A DNA stretch of 64,000 nt from a bacterium (GTDB lineage Bacteria; Actinomycetota; Acidimicrobiia; Spongiisociales; ZC4RG35). This document shows, piece by piece, positions 9,407 to 20,245 of this stretch. The translations under genes were made by a program, and so were the position numbers. Below the pieces are notes generated by a model. That model was not told the DNA's origin. It did no database searches and saw only the letters and a list, made by a program, of their open reading frames with translations. Where the stretch lies: positions 30,155 to 94,154 of the forward strand of contig JAHEJW010000005.1 of the NCBI GenBank assembly GCA_024638655.1, written 5' to 3'. How positions within the stretch are numbered: position 1 is the stretch's first letter; each line of letters starts with the position of its first letter.

Positions 9407-11335
9407 GTGAGTCCAGTGGCAGATGAGATCGCCACGGAAGAGGCCACTGAAGAGGCTTCTACTGAAACAAGACAAACACTGGAGATTCAACCCTCCTCGA
9501 CACCCACGGAGTCGCTCGACAACCTGGTAGTCCGATTCGCCGGTGACTCCGGCGACGGCATGCAGCTGGCGGGGAATCGCTTCACCGATGCCTCGGCCCT
9601 GTTCGGCAATGACCTGGCGACCCTGCCCAGCTTCCCCGCCGAGATTCGAGCGCCGGCCGGGACGCTTCCCGGTGTGTCCAGCTTCCAGGTCCAGATCGCC
9701 GACTACGACATCCTGACCGCCGGAGACCAACCGGACTGTCTGGTGGCAATGAATCCGGCCGCGCTCATGAAGAACCTCAAAGATCTGCGTCCAGGCGGGA
9801 CTCTGATAGTCAACACCGACACCTTCGACGAGAGGAACCTCGACAAGGCCGGCTACGAGACGAACCCCCTCGATGACGACTCCCTCGATGGTTACAAGGT
9901 CATCAAGGCTCCCATGGACGAGCTGACCAAGGAGGCAGTCAAAGACACCGGTGTTTCAGGACGCAACGTCCTTCGCTCGAAGAACTTCTTCGCGCTCGGG
10001 CTCATGGCCTGGCTGTTCCATCGTCCAACCGAGCCCACTACCGAATGGGTCCGGAAGAAGTTCGCCTCCAAGCCCGAGGTGGCCAACGCCAATATCGAGT
10101 CTTTCAAGGCCGGTTACAACTTCGGCATAACCACCGAAGCGACCCGAACCACCTTCGAGGTCAAACCAGCCGCGCTACCCCCGGGCACCTATACCAACAT
10201 CAACGGGAACACTGCTCTCGCCTGGGGTTTGATCGCGGCATCGAGGAAATCGGGCCTGCCACTCTTCTACGGGACCTATCCGATCACACCGGCTTCCGAC
10301 ATCCTCCACGAGCTGTCGCGACGCAAGAACTTCGGGGTAAGGACCTTCCAGGCCGAGGACGAGATTGCAGGTGTTGGCAGCACCATCGGCGCCGCATTCG
10401 CAGGCAACCTCGCCGTCACCGGCTCATCCGGGCCCGGTATCGCACTGAAGAGCGAGGCCATCTCGCTGGCGTTCATGCTCGAGCTTCCCATGATCGTGAT
10501 CAACGTCCAGAGGGGAGGCCCCTCCACCGGCCTGCCGACCAAGCCGGAGCAGTCTGACCTTCTCTTCTCCCTCTATGGGCGTCATGGCGAGTCGCCGTTG
10601 CCCGTTCTGTCCATCGCGTCGCCTTCGGAGGCTTTCATGATGGCTATCGAGGCGGTTCGCATCGCCGTCAAGTACATGACCCCGGTGATCCTCCTCAGCG
10701 ACAACTATGTGGCGAACGGAAGTGAGCCCTGGAAGTTGCCCGACGTCGACGAAATCGCCGAGATCCCCGTCGAGTTCGCCAAGTACCCGAATGGCCCCGA
10801 CGGGACCTTTCTCCCGTACATGAGGAACATCGACACGTTTGCCCGCCCGTGGGCGATCCCGGGCACACCCGGCTTGGAGCATCGAATCGGTGGCCTGGAG
10901 AAGGAAGCCATAAGTGGAAATGTCTCCTACGACCCTGCCAACCACCAATTGATGACAGACACCAGGGCATGGAAAGTCGCCAACATAGCCAACGACATCC
11001 CTCTGCTGGAGGTCGACGGTGATGAAGATGCAGACATCCTCGTCCTGGGCTGGGGCTCCACTTTCGGGTCTATCAGAGCAGCGGCACGTAGGGCCAGACA
11101 GAGTGGGATCCCGGTGGCCACGGCTCACCTCAACTATCTCAATCCCCTGCCCAAGAACCTCGGCGAAGTGCTCCGCTCCCATGACAAGGTCCTGATCCCG
11201 GAGTTGAACACCGGACAGCTCCTCAAGGTCATCAGGGCTGAGTTCCTACTCGATGCCGTCGGACTCAACAAGGTCTCCGGTGAGCCGTTCCGGGTCACCG
11301 AGATAAGCGAGAAGATTTCGGAGATGGCGCAATGA
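9407..11335 (+). CDS. korA: 2-oxoacid:ferredoxin oxidoreductase alpha subunit
   Basis: RFAGDSGDGMQL, YPITPAS, QAEDEIAG, QRGGPSTGLPTK. Confidence 0.95.
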   Translation: MSPVADEIATEEATEEASTETRQTLEIQPSSTPTESLDNLVVRFAGDSGDGMQLAGNRFTDASALFGNDLATLPSFPAEIRAPAGTLPGVSSFQVQIADYDILTAGDQPDCLVAMNPAALMKNLKDLRPGGTLIVNTDTFDERNLDKAGYETNPLDDDSLDGYKVIKAPMDELTKEAVKDTGVSGRNVLRSKNFFALGLMAWLFHRPTEPTTEWVRKKFASKPEVANANIESFKAGYNFGITTEATRTTFEVKPAALPPGTYTNINGNTALAWGLIAASRKSGLPLFYGTYPITPASDILHELSRRKNFGVRTFQAEDEIAGVGSTIGAAFAGNLAVTGSSGPGIALKSEAISLAFMLELPMIVINVQRGGPSTGLPTKPEQSDLLFSLYGRHGESPLPVLSIASPSEAFMMAIEAVRIAVKYMTPVILLSDNYVANGSEPWKLPDVDEIAEIPVEFAKYPNGPDGTFLPYMRNIDTFARPWAIPGTPGLEHRIGGLEKEAISGNVSYDPANHQLMTDTRAWKVANIANDIPLLEVDGDEDADILVLGWGSTFGSIRAAARRARQSGIPVATAHLNYLNPLPKNLGEVLRSHDKVLIPELNTGQLLKVIRAEFLLDAVGLNKVSGEPFRVTEISEKISEMAQ

Positions 11336-12360
11336 CAGCCCCCTCATACACGAGAAAAGACTTCCAGACGGACCAGGAAGTCCGATGGTGCCCCGGGTGC
11401 GGCGACTACACCATCCTTGCGTCGGTTCAGCAGTTCCTGGCAGGTCTGGGACGCAGCCGGGAGGAGTTCGTCTTCATCTCGGGCATCGGATGCTCTTCCC
11501 GATTCCCCTACTACATGAACACCTACGGGATGCACTCCATCCACGGTCGCGCCCCGGCGATTGCCAGTGGTGTCGCCGCCACGAGACCTGACTTGTCGGT
11601 ATGGGTGATCACCGGTGATGGCGACGGGCTCTCGATCGGCGGTAACCACCTGATCCACGCCCTCCGTCGCAATGTGAACCTCAAGATCCTTTTGTTCAAC
11701 AATCAGATCTATGGCTTGACCAAGGGCCAGTACTCGCCAACCTCCGAGGTGGGCAAGTCGACCAAGTCGTCGCCATTCGGCTCAATCGACTATCCGTTCA
11801 ACCCCGTCTCGCTTGCCTTGGGTGCCGAAGCAAGCTTCGTTGCCAGGACGGTCGACATGGACCGCAATCACACTCAGATGGTGTTGAAGTCGGCATACGA
11901 GCACAAGGGCGCCGCCTTCGTCGAGATATATCAGAACTGCAATGTCTTCAACGACAAGGCGTTCATCCAGGTGACCGGGAAGGAGGAGCGAGTCCACAAC
12001 CGCGTCGACCTCGAGCAGGGCAAGCCGGTCGTCTTCGACGAAGGGGCGAAAGCAGTAGTCATGCGTGGTGGTGAAGCGGTCGTCGTCGACTCCAGCTCGG
12101 TTGACCCCAAAGCGATCCTGGTCCATGACGAGACACGGGAGAACCCATCGGTGGCTTACGCACTGAGCCGGCTCTCACACGGGCCGTATGGGCCGACTCC
12201 GCTGGGTATCTTCCGCCGGGTAGCTCGATCGACCTACGACGCCGAGATCAATGCCCAGATGGAGGGAGCCAGGAATGACATGGGTGACGGTGATGTGAGC
12301 CAGCTCATCCGTTCCCATGGAACCTGGGAAGTAAAGGGGCCCTCACCCAACGGCGGCTGA
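11332..12360 (+). CDS. korB: 2-oxoacid:ferredoxin oxidoreductase beta subunit
   Basis: WCPGCGD, SGIGCSSR, GDGDGLSIGGNH (TPP motif), YGLTKGQYSPT. Confidence 0.95.
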   Translation: MTAPSYTRKDFQTDQEVRWCPGCGDYTILASVQQFLAGLGRSREEFVFISGIGCSSRFPYYMNTYGMHSIHGRAPAIASGVAATRPDLSVWVITGDGDGLSIGGNHLIHALRRNVNLKILLFNNQIYGLTKGQYSPTSEVGKSTKSSPFGSIDYPFNPVSLALGAEASFVARTVDMDRNHTQMVLKSAYEHKGAAFVEIYQNCNVFNDKAFIQVTGKEERVHNRVDLEQGKPVVFDEGAKAVVMRGGEAVVVDSSSVDPKAILVHDETRENPSVAYALSRLSHGPYGPTPLGIFRRVARSTYDAEINAQMEGARNDMGDGDVSQLIRSHGTWEVKGPSPNGG

Positions 12361-12389
12361 GGCCTGCCCTTCTCCAAGGGGGACCTGGC

Positions 12390-12893
12390 TCAACCGGCTC
12401 TGGCGCCGGCCCCGAGGAGGTCGTCGATCTGGCCGAGGGCCTGGGTCATCCCCTCCTCCATGCCCATCTCGGCCATTTGTTCCATCGCTTCCAATGATGG
12501 GAACTTCGTGTGGATCGACATACGAGTGAGCCCGCCGGGCTCCTCCGTGAGCTCGACACGGGTCCTAGTAACGGGCATGTCGGGACTCGGCTTGCCGTTC
12601 TCGTCGGCGAACCCGTCTTCGAACTCGAGGCCGGACGGTGGGTCGACTTCGATCACGTTCCACCAGCCCCAGTACTCGTCGCCCTCCGGCCCGGTCATGT
12701 AGTAGCTCACCTTGCCGCCTGGGATCAAGTCGTGATCGACGACCGTCGCCGGGTATGTCGAGGGGCCCCACCATCTCTCGAACTGCCTCGGGTCCTCCCA
12801 TAGCTTCCACACACGCTGGATCGATGCGTCGAACTCTGCGGTTATGGTCATGGTCAGGCTCTCGGCGTCCTTCTGGATGCTCTTCAGGGTCAT
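12390..12893 (-). CDS. SRPBCC/AHSA1-like domain protein
   Basis: MTLKSIQKD...RVWKLWEDPRQFERWWGP...MGMEEGM; ATGA overlap with the ArsR gene. Confidence 0.88.
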   Translation of the reverse strand: MTLKSIQKDAESLTMTITAEFDASIQRVWKLWEDPRQFERWWGPSTYPATVVDHDLIPGGKVSYYMTGPEGDEYWGWWNVIEVDPPSGLEFEDGFADENGKPSPDMPVTRTRVELTEEPGGLTRMSIHTKFPSLEAMEQMAEMGMEEGMTQALGQIDDLLGAGARAG

Positions 12894-13240
12894 GGGTTGG
12901 CTCCTTGATCGGCTTCGGCGAGAACCTCGTCGAAACGTTCGAGACGGGCGCGCCATACTGCCTCGATCTCCTCGAGCAGTTGGTTGGCGATATGGATGGT
13001 GTGGATCTCTGTCTTGACGAGTTGCCTCCTGCCGCACTTCCGCTTGCTGACCAGACCGGCCCGCTCCAGCACAGCGACGTGCTTCTGGACGGCGGCGAAA
13101 CTCATCGGGTAGTAACCCGCGAGAGCAGAGACCGAGTGATCTCCAAGTATGGCCCGCCTGACGATGTCCCTCCTCGTGGCATCGGCCAGAGCATGAAAGA
13201 TCTCGTCTGCTAAACCCTCGCCGACCTTATCTACAACCAT
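12890..13240 (-). CDS. ArsR/SmtB family transcriptional regulator
   Basis: IFHALADATRRDIV, SFAAVQKHVAVLERAGLV. Confidence 0.9.
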   Translation of the reverse strand: MVVDKVGEGLADEIFHALADATRRDIVRRAILGDHSVSALAGYYPMSFAAVQKHVAVLERAGLVSKRKCGRRQLVKTEIHTIHIANQLLEEIEAVWRARLERFDEVLAEADQGANP

Positions 13241-13252
13241 TCGGTTGTAGAT
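13229..13252. promoter_or_regulatory. Putative ArsR autoregulatory operator
   Basis: Perfect 10-4-10 inverted repeat ATCTACAACC-ATTC-GGTTGTAGAT overlapping the ArsR start codon. Confidence 0.7.
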
Positions 13253-13340
13253 CTACCCAGAAGGATGCGACCGATGCAAGCGATCGCGCCGGCCGTGGTT
13301 GCAGGGATCGAGGTCCCGACTGGGGTTGGGATGGGTTCGG

Positions 13341-13670
13341 TCAGCCGCCTCTGGCTATCTCAATTGAGTCACGCGCCCAATCCACGAGCGTGTCATCGTC
13401 GACCAGGACCTCACTCGGCACCGAGTAGTAGGGCATACGGACGTGCTTCTCAGCCCCTACGTCGAGAAACCGATCGCGATTGGTGTCGTCGACCTTGAGG
13501 TGGAGGCGGGCATTCGCATCGATCAGGGCGAACATCGAGTCCTCGATGAAGATCCCCGCTCCACCGAACATCTTCCTCCAGGACACCAGTCCCAATGCTT
13601 CGAAGGTCTCAACGACCTCTTCGGCGAATTGCCCGACCTCATCCGAGTATCGAGCCCCGCGCGTTCCCAT
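13341..13670 (-). CDS. TfoX/Sxy N-terminal domain protein
   Basis: RKMFGGAGIF, MFALI, LHLKVD, MPYYSVP; AGGAG ribosome-binding site. Confidence 0.88.
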   Translation of the reverse strand: MGTRGARYSDEVGQFAEEVVETFEALGLVSWRKMFGGAGIFIEDSMFALIDANARLHLKVDDTNRDRFLDVGAEKHVRMPYYSVPSEVLVDDDTLVDWARDSIEIARGG

Positions 13671-13728
13671 GTTCGCTCCTATCCCCCATCGTGGGTCCTA
13701 ACCAAAGCACCAAAGGTACCGTGGTGAT

Positions 13729-14169
13729 ATGCCCTTCTTCGCGGTGTTCGCACTCGTTGCGCTGATCGAGATGGCCACCTTCTTCTGGGTGGAGTCGCGC
13801 ATCGGGCTCGGTTGGGCTCTGGGGCTGGCCCTCCTCACGGCCATCATCGGCTCCATGCTGGTTCGCCGCGCCGGGATCGCGGTCATAGCGGCTATTCGGA
13901 CGAAGTGGAGTGAAGGCCGGCTCCCCGGACGGGAGCTCACCCACGGCGCGGCAATCCTCGTCTCGGGGGCCTTCCTGATCTCACCGGGTTTCATCACCGA
14001 CACGTTGGGGTTTCTCCTTCTCGTCCCGAACGTACGCGACATGATCCATGGTCTCGTGTCTCGGCGAATCTCCTCGCGAGTGGGGATCACTCTGGGCAGT
14101 CAAGGCGCCCGCTACGTCAGACAACCGCCCGACGAGGGTGACATCATCGATATCGACCCGATCGAATAG
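13729..14169 (+). CDS. fxsA: FxsA family membrane protein
   Basis: LIEMA, AFLISPGFITDTLGFLLLVP, C-terminal IIDID. Confidence 0.88.
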   Translation: MPFFAVFALVALIEMATFFWVESRIGLGWALGLALLTAIIGSMLVRRAGIAVIAAIRTKWSEGRLPGRELTHGAAILVSGAFLISPGFITDTLGFLLLVPNVRDMIHGLVSRRISSRVGITLGSQGARYVRQPPDEGDIIDIDPIE

Positions 14170-14177
14170 GCCAAGCC

Positions 14178-15530
14178 CTACCCGATCAGCTTCCGGATCT
14201 CCTCGATCTGCTCACCGACAGACTCGGGGCTTCCCGAACCGCTCGTCGCCCTCGCCTCGACCGAGCGCGCCGGGTCGAAGAGCTCGAGGTCCCCGGGCTC
14301 GAACCGATCATCCTCATCGAGGAGATCATCCGTTGTTGCTTCCGAGAAGGCCCGGCCTGTTGTCTCGAGACGTCCCACGAGACGCCCGACGATCTCGTGA
14401 GATTCCCGAAAAGGCACGCCACGCCTCACCAGCGCCTCCGCCAGATCGAGGGCCGCGGTTTGGGCGATCGGCGGCGGTGGGTCGAAAGACAGACCCTCCA
14501 GGAGCCGGCGCGTCGCCGCCAAAGCCCCCGAAAGCGTGTCGTCGGCATGGAACACGATCCGCTTGTCCTCCTGGAGGTCGCGGTTGTACGCGAGCGGGAG
14601 CCCTTTCTGCAGGCCCAGGATGGCGGTCAGGTCACCGGCGACCGAAGCCGCCCTCCCTCTCACCAGCTCGGCGATGTCGGGATTGCGCTTCTGTGGGAGT
14701 GCGGAGGATCCGGTGCTCACCTCGTCGGACAGCTTCGCCCAGCCGAACTCGCTGGTGACCCAGAGGATCACCTCCTCGGCCAAGCGAGACAGGTCCGCCA
14801 TCGCCTGGGCACAACAGAACACGTACTCGGCGACGAAGTCCCTAGAGCCCACCGCATCGAGGGAGTTCGGCATCACTCCCGCGAGCCCGAGGGACTGGGC
14901 GGCCATCAGGCGATCGAGGGGAAGCGAAGAGCCCGACGACGCCCCCGCACCGAGCGGAGAGACCGCCAGACGCTCCCGGGCATCGGCGAACCGGCCCGAC
15001 GAGCGCAATGCCATCCATGCGTAGGCCAGCAGATGGTGACCAAGGGTCGTCGGCTGCGCCTGTTGGAGATGGGTGTAAGACGGCACCACGGTCCCGGTGT
15101 GCTCCGAAGCGATGTCCGTCAACGTCGCGGCCAACCGGTGAAGCTCGCCGATGCGTCGCTGTGCAGCTTCCGAAAGATAGAGCCTGAGGTCGAGGGCGAC
15201 CTGGTCGTTGCGGGACCGACCGGTGTGGAGCTTCCCGGCGATCTCGCCCACCAACTGGCCAAGACGACGTTCCACCGCGGAGTGGACGTCCTCGTCGGAC
15301 TGTTCGAAGTCGAATTCGCCGGCACGGACCTCCTCGAGGATCTCTTCCAGCCCGGCGTGCAGCCGATCAGCCTCCCCAACCGGGATGATTGCCTGCTTGC
15401 CCAACATCTCGACGTGGGCCAGAGAGCCCTTGATGTCGACCTCGAGGAGACGGCGATCCGAGTCGTCGACGGTGAAATCCCAGGTGTCTCCGGTCATCGA
15501 GCCCTGAAACCTGCCTCCCCAAAGGGTCAT
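14178..15530 (-). CDS. argH: Argininosuccinate lyase
   Basis: [39 protein letters not shown]. Confidence 0.97.
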   Translation of the reverse strand: MTLWGGRFQGSMTGDTWDFTVDDSDRRLLEVDIKGSLAHVEMLGKQAIIPVGEADRLHAGLEEILEEVRAGEFDFEQSDEDVHSAVERRLGQLVGEIAGKLHTGRSRNDQVALDLRLYLSEAAQRRIGELHRLAATLTDIASEHTGTVVPSYTHLQQAQPTTLGHHLLAYAWMALRSSGRFADARERLAVSPLGAGASSGSSLPLDRLMAAQSLGLAGVMPNSLDAVGSRDFVAEYVFCCAQAMADLSRLAEEVILWVTSEFGWAKLSDEVSTGSSALPQKRNPDIAELVRGRAASVAGDLTAILGLQKGLPLAYNRDLQEDKRIVFHADDTLSGALAATRRLLEGLSFDPPPPIAQTAALDLAEALVRRGVPFRESHEIVGRLVGRLETTGRAFSEATTDDLLDEDDRFEPGDLELFDPARSVEARATSGSGSPESVGEQIEEIRKLIG

Positions 15531-16711
15531 CCGCCTGTCCCGTAACCCCGGACCCGCAGTGCGTTCAGGCTGATGAATCCCTCGGCATCGGCCTGGCGGT
15601 ACACGTCATCGGCCTCGAAGGTGGCGATGTCCTCGCTGTAGAGGCTGTTGGGAGATCTGCGTCCGGTGACCCGGGCAGATCCCTTGTAGAGCACGAGCCG
15701 GGCTTCGCCGGTCACCACCCTCTGGATGTCGTCCATGGTCCTCTGTATGGCGACACGCTCCGGCGAGTACCAGAACCCGTTGTACGCGATCGCGGCATAC
15801 CTCCTCGAGAGATCGTCCCTCAGATGGAGCACCTCGCGATCGAGGCAGAGCGACTCGATTGCCCGTCTTGCGGCGTGGAGCACCGTACCGCCCGGAGTCT
15901 CGTAGACGCCCCTGGATTTAATGCCGACGAAGCGGTTCTCGACGATGTCGATACGTCCCACGCCGTGTCTGCCCGCCACCTCGTTGAGTCGAGTGAGCAG
16001 CTCAGTCGGTCCGAGGTCCTCCCCATCGACACTGATCGGAGTGCCCGACTCGAAACCGACGACGATCTCCTGCGACTCCCCCGGAGCATCCTCGGGATCG
16101 GTTGTCATTCGGAACATGTCTTTCGGTGGTGGGGCCCAGGGATCTTCGAGCACTCCGCCCTCGTACGAGATGTGGAAGAGGTTGGCGTCCATCGAATAGG
16201 GGGCTTCTCTGGTCACCGGGACGGGGATCCCCCGCTCCTCGGCATAGGCGATCAGGTCTGCACGTCCCCGAAGCTTCCACTCCCGCCACGGGGCGATGGT
16301 CTTCAGCTCGGGGGCGAGGGCTGCAGTCGACAGCTCGAAGCGGACCTGGTCGTTGCCCTTGCCCGTGGCGCCGTGGGCAACGGCATCTGCTCCGTGCTCC
16401 CTCGCCGTGGCGACGAGCCCTTTGGTGATTATCGGGCGGGCCAGGGACGTGCCGAGCAGATACTCCGTCTCGTACACAGCAGCTGCGCGAATCGCCGGGA
16501 ACACAGCTCCACTGACGAATTCCTCACGTAGGTCGTCGACCACTCCGGCGACCGCGCCGGTGGCCATCGCCTTCGCCTCGGCCTCCGCCACTTCGTCTCC
16601 CTGGCCGACATCGGCGGTGTAGGCGATGACCTCGGCTCCGTACTCCTCCTTCAGCCAGGCCAGAATCACCGAGGTGTCCAGACCCCCCGAGTATGCGAGA
16701 ACTACTTTCAC
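15527..16711 (-). CDS. argG: Argininosuccinate synthase
   Basis: [39 protein letters not shown] ribosome-binding site. Confidence 0.97.
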   Translation of the reverse strand: MKVVLAYSGGLDTSVILAWLKEEYGAEVIAYTADVGQGDEVAEAEAKAMATGAVAGVVDDLREEFVSGAVFPAIRAAAVYETEYLLGTSLARPIITKGLVATAREHGADAVAHGATGKGNDQVRFELSTAALAPELKTIAPWREWKLRGRADLIAYAEERGIPVPVTREAPYSMDANLFHISYEGGVLEDPWAPPPKDMFRMTTDPEDAPGESQEIVVGFESGTPISVDGEDLGPTELLTRLNEVAGRHGVGRIDIVENRFVGIKSRGVYETPGGTVLHAARRAIESLCLDREVLHLRDDLSRRYAAIAYNGFWYSPERVAIQRTMDDIQRVVTGEARLVLYKGSARVTGRRSPNSLYSEDIATFEADDVYRQADAEGFISLNALRVRGYGTGG

Positions 16712-16865
16712 GTTTCCTCCGTGAAATGAACGGAATAGACCTTACGAGGCCAGAACACTGCCTGGTCGGGGCGAAGATGACAAGCCCGGGAGCCGGCCTG
16801 ACCCTCTTGCCCCCTATCCACTGCACGTGGCTACGGTTCGAGCCGGTCCGCATGAATGTCTCGGA

Positions 16866-17657
16866 GTGAGCGCCTTGAGCGATTCTGAAATCGACGCCTG
16901 GTCGGGATTGCAGCTTTTCGCCCGCTACGCGTATCCGCCGAACGAGCGCGGGTACTGCGGCCCCGACGACCACCTGGCCTTGCTCGAATATCGCTCGTCG
17001 GGCCTCGTTGACCAGGGCCTCGCCCAATTGGCCGAGGCCTTCAATGGGCCCTGGCCGTATCTGAAGCTGATGGCCGAGAAGACTGGCGCCGGTGGCCCAT
17101 TCAGCAAGAGAGTCGTCGAGGCGTACTGGGTTGGCAACGATCTGATCGACCGGGTGGGAACGATCGACTTCGGCAACGCCGTTGAGCAGAAGTTCAGGCC
17201 CCGGCTTGGGAGGAATTGGCATGCCATCTCGGAGGCAATTCCCGGCGGTATCCCCCACCACAGCTTCCACGTCTTCGTCACCTACCCGTGGGTCGGGCTC
17301 CTCGAAGAGAACCATCGGGGTGAGCCGCTGCGCATCCTCGATCAGTGTCGCATTCGGTGGGGTCGGGTGGAGGCAATAGAGGGAGAGCTAGCGGTGGTCA
17401 CGAGCGAACCGCTGACCTGGGACGGAAACCGGCTGAGTCTCGGGCATCCCCGCAAGGAGACAGTGACGTTGACCGTTGGCGGGCTTGGGTTCACCGAGCC
17501 GCTTCGACCCGGTGATTGGGTGTCGATGCACTGGACGTGGATCTGTGACCGTCTCGACGCCGAACAGCTGGCGGCTCTGAAGTTGTACTCGAACCGGCAG
17601 CTGAAGATGACGAACGATGAGCTCGCTCATCCCGGCCCGGCGACGATTCTCGGCTGA
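16866..17657 (+). CDS. DUF6390-like protein (start uncertain)
   Basis: FARYAYPPNERGYCGP, VVEAYWVGN, PHHSFHV, CRIRWG, GDWVSMHW; family assigned from memory. Confidence 0.7.
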   Translation: MSALSDSEIDAWSGLQLFARYAYPPNERGYCGPDDHLALLEYRSSGLVDQGLAQLAEAFNGPWPYLKLMAEKTGAGGPFSKRVVEAYWVGNDLIDRVGTIDFGNAVEQKFRPRLGRNWHAISEAIPGGIPHHSFHVFVTYPWVGLLEENHRGEPLRILDQCRIRWGRVEAIEGELAVVTSEPLTWDGNRLSLGHPRKETVTLTVGGLGFTEPLRPGDWVSMHWTWICDRLDAEQLAALKLYSNRQLKMTNDELAHPGPATILG

Positions 17658-17665
17658 GTCGAGTC

Positions 17666-18619
17666 GTGGGCCGCTGCCTCCTGGCCATTTCCATCTCGAT
17701 CCTCACGGCAGCCTGTGCCGGCGGGTCTGTCGAGGCGGACCATGAGTCGCTGACCATCTACACCAGCGTCACCCGGGACACAGTCGATGCCGTAGTCGAC
17801 GGGTTCGAGTCCACCAGCCCCGGTACGACCGTCGAGGTCTTCAGGGCACCTACCGGTGAGCTAGCAGCGAGGATTGCCGCCGAGTTGAGAAACGGTGCCC
17901 TCGAAGCGGACATACTTTGGATGACCGATCCAATCTCCATCCAGCAATACGAGCGTGACGGCTTGTTATTGGAATGGACTCCCGACGATCTCGAAGCCGT
18001 GCCGGGAGCTTTCCGCACAGCGAAGTCCTTCGGGACGAGAGTCCTCAATCTCGTGATCGTCAGCGGTCATACCCTGCTCGATCCACCACGGGATTGGGCG
18101 GACCTCGCCGGCGTCGAAGGCACCGTCGCTTTGCCCGACCCCGGTTTTGCAGGGTCGGCTTTCGCGGCGTTGGGTTTCTTCGCTCTCGACCCGGGCTATG
18201 GGCTCCAGTTCTATCGGGACCTCGAATCCAACGGAGCCGTTCAGGTTCAATCGCCCGGCGATGTCGTCAACGGCGTCGCCGAGGGCATCTACGCGGCCGG
18301 CTTGACCCTCGACCGGACGGCGAGAGACGCAGTCGACGACGGCTCTCCGGTCGACTTGATCTGGCCCTCGTCAGGGGCGATCGCGTTCTACAGTCCGATA
18401 GCTGTCGTCGACGACGGAGCCACGTCCACGGCGAAGGACTTCGTCGACTACGTGCTGGGAGCCGAGGCACAGACGGCCATCGCAGCAACAGGCTGGGAGC
18501 CGATACGAGATGACGTGGAGTGGTCACATGACGGAGATCAGCAGACCATCGACTGGGAACAGGCCTTCGACCGCCAGGGTGAGCTCCTCGCGCAATATCG
18601 GGAGATCTTCGACGGCTGA
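17666..18619 (+). CDS. ABC transporter substrate-binding lipoprotein (AfuA/FbpA-like)
   Basis: Lipobox TAAC, LTIYTS, ADILW, VALPDP, AKDFVDYVLGAEAQ. Confidence 0.85.
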   Translation: MGRCLLAISISILTAACAGGSVEADHESLTIYTSVTRDTVDAVVDGFESTSPGTTVEVFRAPTGELAARIAAELRNGALEADILWMTDPISIQQYERDGLLLEWTPDDLEAVPGAFRTAKSFGTRVLNLVIVSGHTLLDPPRDWADLAGVEGTVALPDPGFAGSAFAALGFFALDPGYGLQFYRDLESNGAVQVQSPGDVVNGVAEGIYAAGLTLDRTARDAVDDGSPVDLIWPSSGAIAFYSPIAVVDDGATSTAKDFVDYVLGAEAQTAIAATGWEPIRDDVEWSHDGDQQTIDWEQAFDRQGELLAQYREIFDG

Positions 18620-18640
18620 CTCCGCCGAATTCCCCGGTCG

Positions 18641-20245
18641 ATGACTCATTCAACTCGGCTGATTCTCTCGCTGATGGTTGCCGCGTCCATCGCTCTGCTG
18701 GTGCTCTGGCCATTGTTGGAACTGGTGTCGGTCGCCTCCGAGGCTCTCGATGGGCCTGGCAACGGGTCCCTCGTCGATCCGATGGCCAACACTGCGCTCG
18801 TGGGCGCGGGAACAGCGGTCCTCGCCACAATCCTCGGAGTCATCGCCGCACTCATAACCGAGCGTTCTGCAGTATCGGGCCGACAATGGCTTCGCCTCGG
18901 GATTCTCCTCCCGATGTTGGTGCCGCCGTTCGTCTCGGCTCTCAGTTGGCTCAGGGCCTACGGACCCGGTGGTCTCGTCGACGACTTCTCCGGCTTCGAG
19001 CTCCCGGGCCTATTCGGCCCGGTCGGAATCGTCTTGGTAGTGGCGATCGGGGCGACTCCCCTCGCCTATCTCATAACGGTTGCTTCTCTCCGCACGCGAG
19101 CCGAGCGAGACCTGGAGCTTGCCGCCAGGGCGAGCGGAGCGCGGCCTCTCACCAGCCTCCGTACGATCACGATCCCGCTGCTGGCTCCCGCTCTCCTCGG
19201 CATAGCCGCCCTCACCTTCGTTGTGGGTATCAACGCCTTTGGTGTTCCAGCCTTCCTGGGGACCCCGGCGTCCTTCGACACGGTGACAACGAGGATCTAT
19301 CAGGACCTCACCCTTTCCTCCCGACCAGAGTCGTTCGGCTCAGCGATCCTCCTCGCCACCGGTCTGGTGGGTGTGGCCCTCGTATTGGTGACCCTCGCCG
19401 AGATGGCATTGGGCAGGATCGACGCAGTCCCCAGGAGAGCCGTTCCCTCCGGGCATAGCGGCACACGGTCGGCCCGGGCGCGGCTCCTGACCATCCTCGT
19501 CTGGTTTGCGATCTTGCTGACGACCGTATTCCCTATGATCGCGCTCACACTCGTTGCATTGACCAGGGGGGTCGGACTCGCCCCGGCCCCGGCGAACTGG
19601 ACGCTCTCCAACTTCTCCGAGGCTCTCGACGGCAGATTCCTCGGCGCCCTAGGACGCAGCGCTCTGCTGGCCGTGATGGCGGCTACCACAGCTGTGCTTC
19701 TCGGAGTGATGGTCTCTGCACTGCGCAACAAGCTCGGGCGCGTGGCCGGAGTCACCGCCCTGGTCAGCTTCGCGCTCCCCGGGTCGACGCTCGCCGTGGC
19801 CGTGCTGCTGGCCTACGGCGCCGGCCTCCGCGACACACTTCTTCTCATACTCATCGCATACGTAGCCAAACTCTGGGCTGTCGGCCACAGGTCGATATCC
19901 GGTTCCGCCGACAATCTCCCACCAGACTTGTTCCACGCCGCCCGGATGAGCGGAGCCGGCGTCCGAACCGCGGTCCGCACCATTGTCTTGCCGCTGCTGA
20001 GTCCCGCCTTGCTAGCCGGATGGGTTCTGGTCTTCCTCTTCGCCTTCCATGAGCTGACGATGTCGAGCCTCCTCTACGGGCCAGGTACCGACACCCTGGC
20101 GGTAGCGATTCTCAACCTCCAGCAGTTGGGAGACGTGCAGGTTTCGTCTGCATTGGCCGTGATCCTCACGCTTCCGCTCATCTTGATGGCCATCCCGGTC
20201 CTGGTCTTGGGGCGACTCCCGGGACGCTTGATGGGAACGGGTTGA
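18641..20245 (+). CDS. ABC transporter permease, two fused repeats (FbpB-like)
   Basis: Two EAA-like loops: LELAARASGA and LFHAARMSGA. Confidence 0.88.
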   Translation: MTHSTRLILSLMVAASIALLVLWPLLELVSVASEALDGPGNGSLVDPMANTALVGAGTAVLATILGVIAALITERSAVSGRQWLRLGILLPMLVPPFVSALSWLRAYGPGGLVDDFSGFELPGLFGPVGIVLVVAIGATPLAYLITVASLRTRAERDLELAARASGARPLTSLRTITIPLLAPALLGIAALTFVVGINAFGVPAFLGTPASFDTVTTRIYQDLTLSSRPESFGSAILLATGLVGVALVLVTLAEMALGRIDAVPRRAVPSGHSGTRSARARLLTILVWFAILLTTVFPMIALTLVALTRGVGLAPAPANWTLSNFSEALDGRFLGALGRSALLAVMAATTAVLLGVMVSALRNKLGRVAGVTALVSFALPGSTLAVAVLLAYGAGLRDTLLLILIAYVAKLWAVGHRSISGSADNLPPDLFHAARMSGAGVRTAVRTIVLPLLSPALLAGWVLVFLFAFHELTMSSLLYGPGTDTLAVAILNLQQLGDVQVSSALAVILTLPLILMAIPVLVLGRLPGRLMGTG

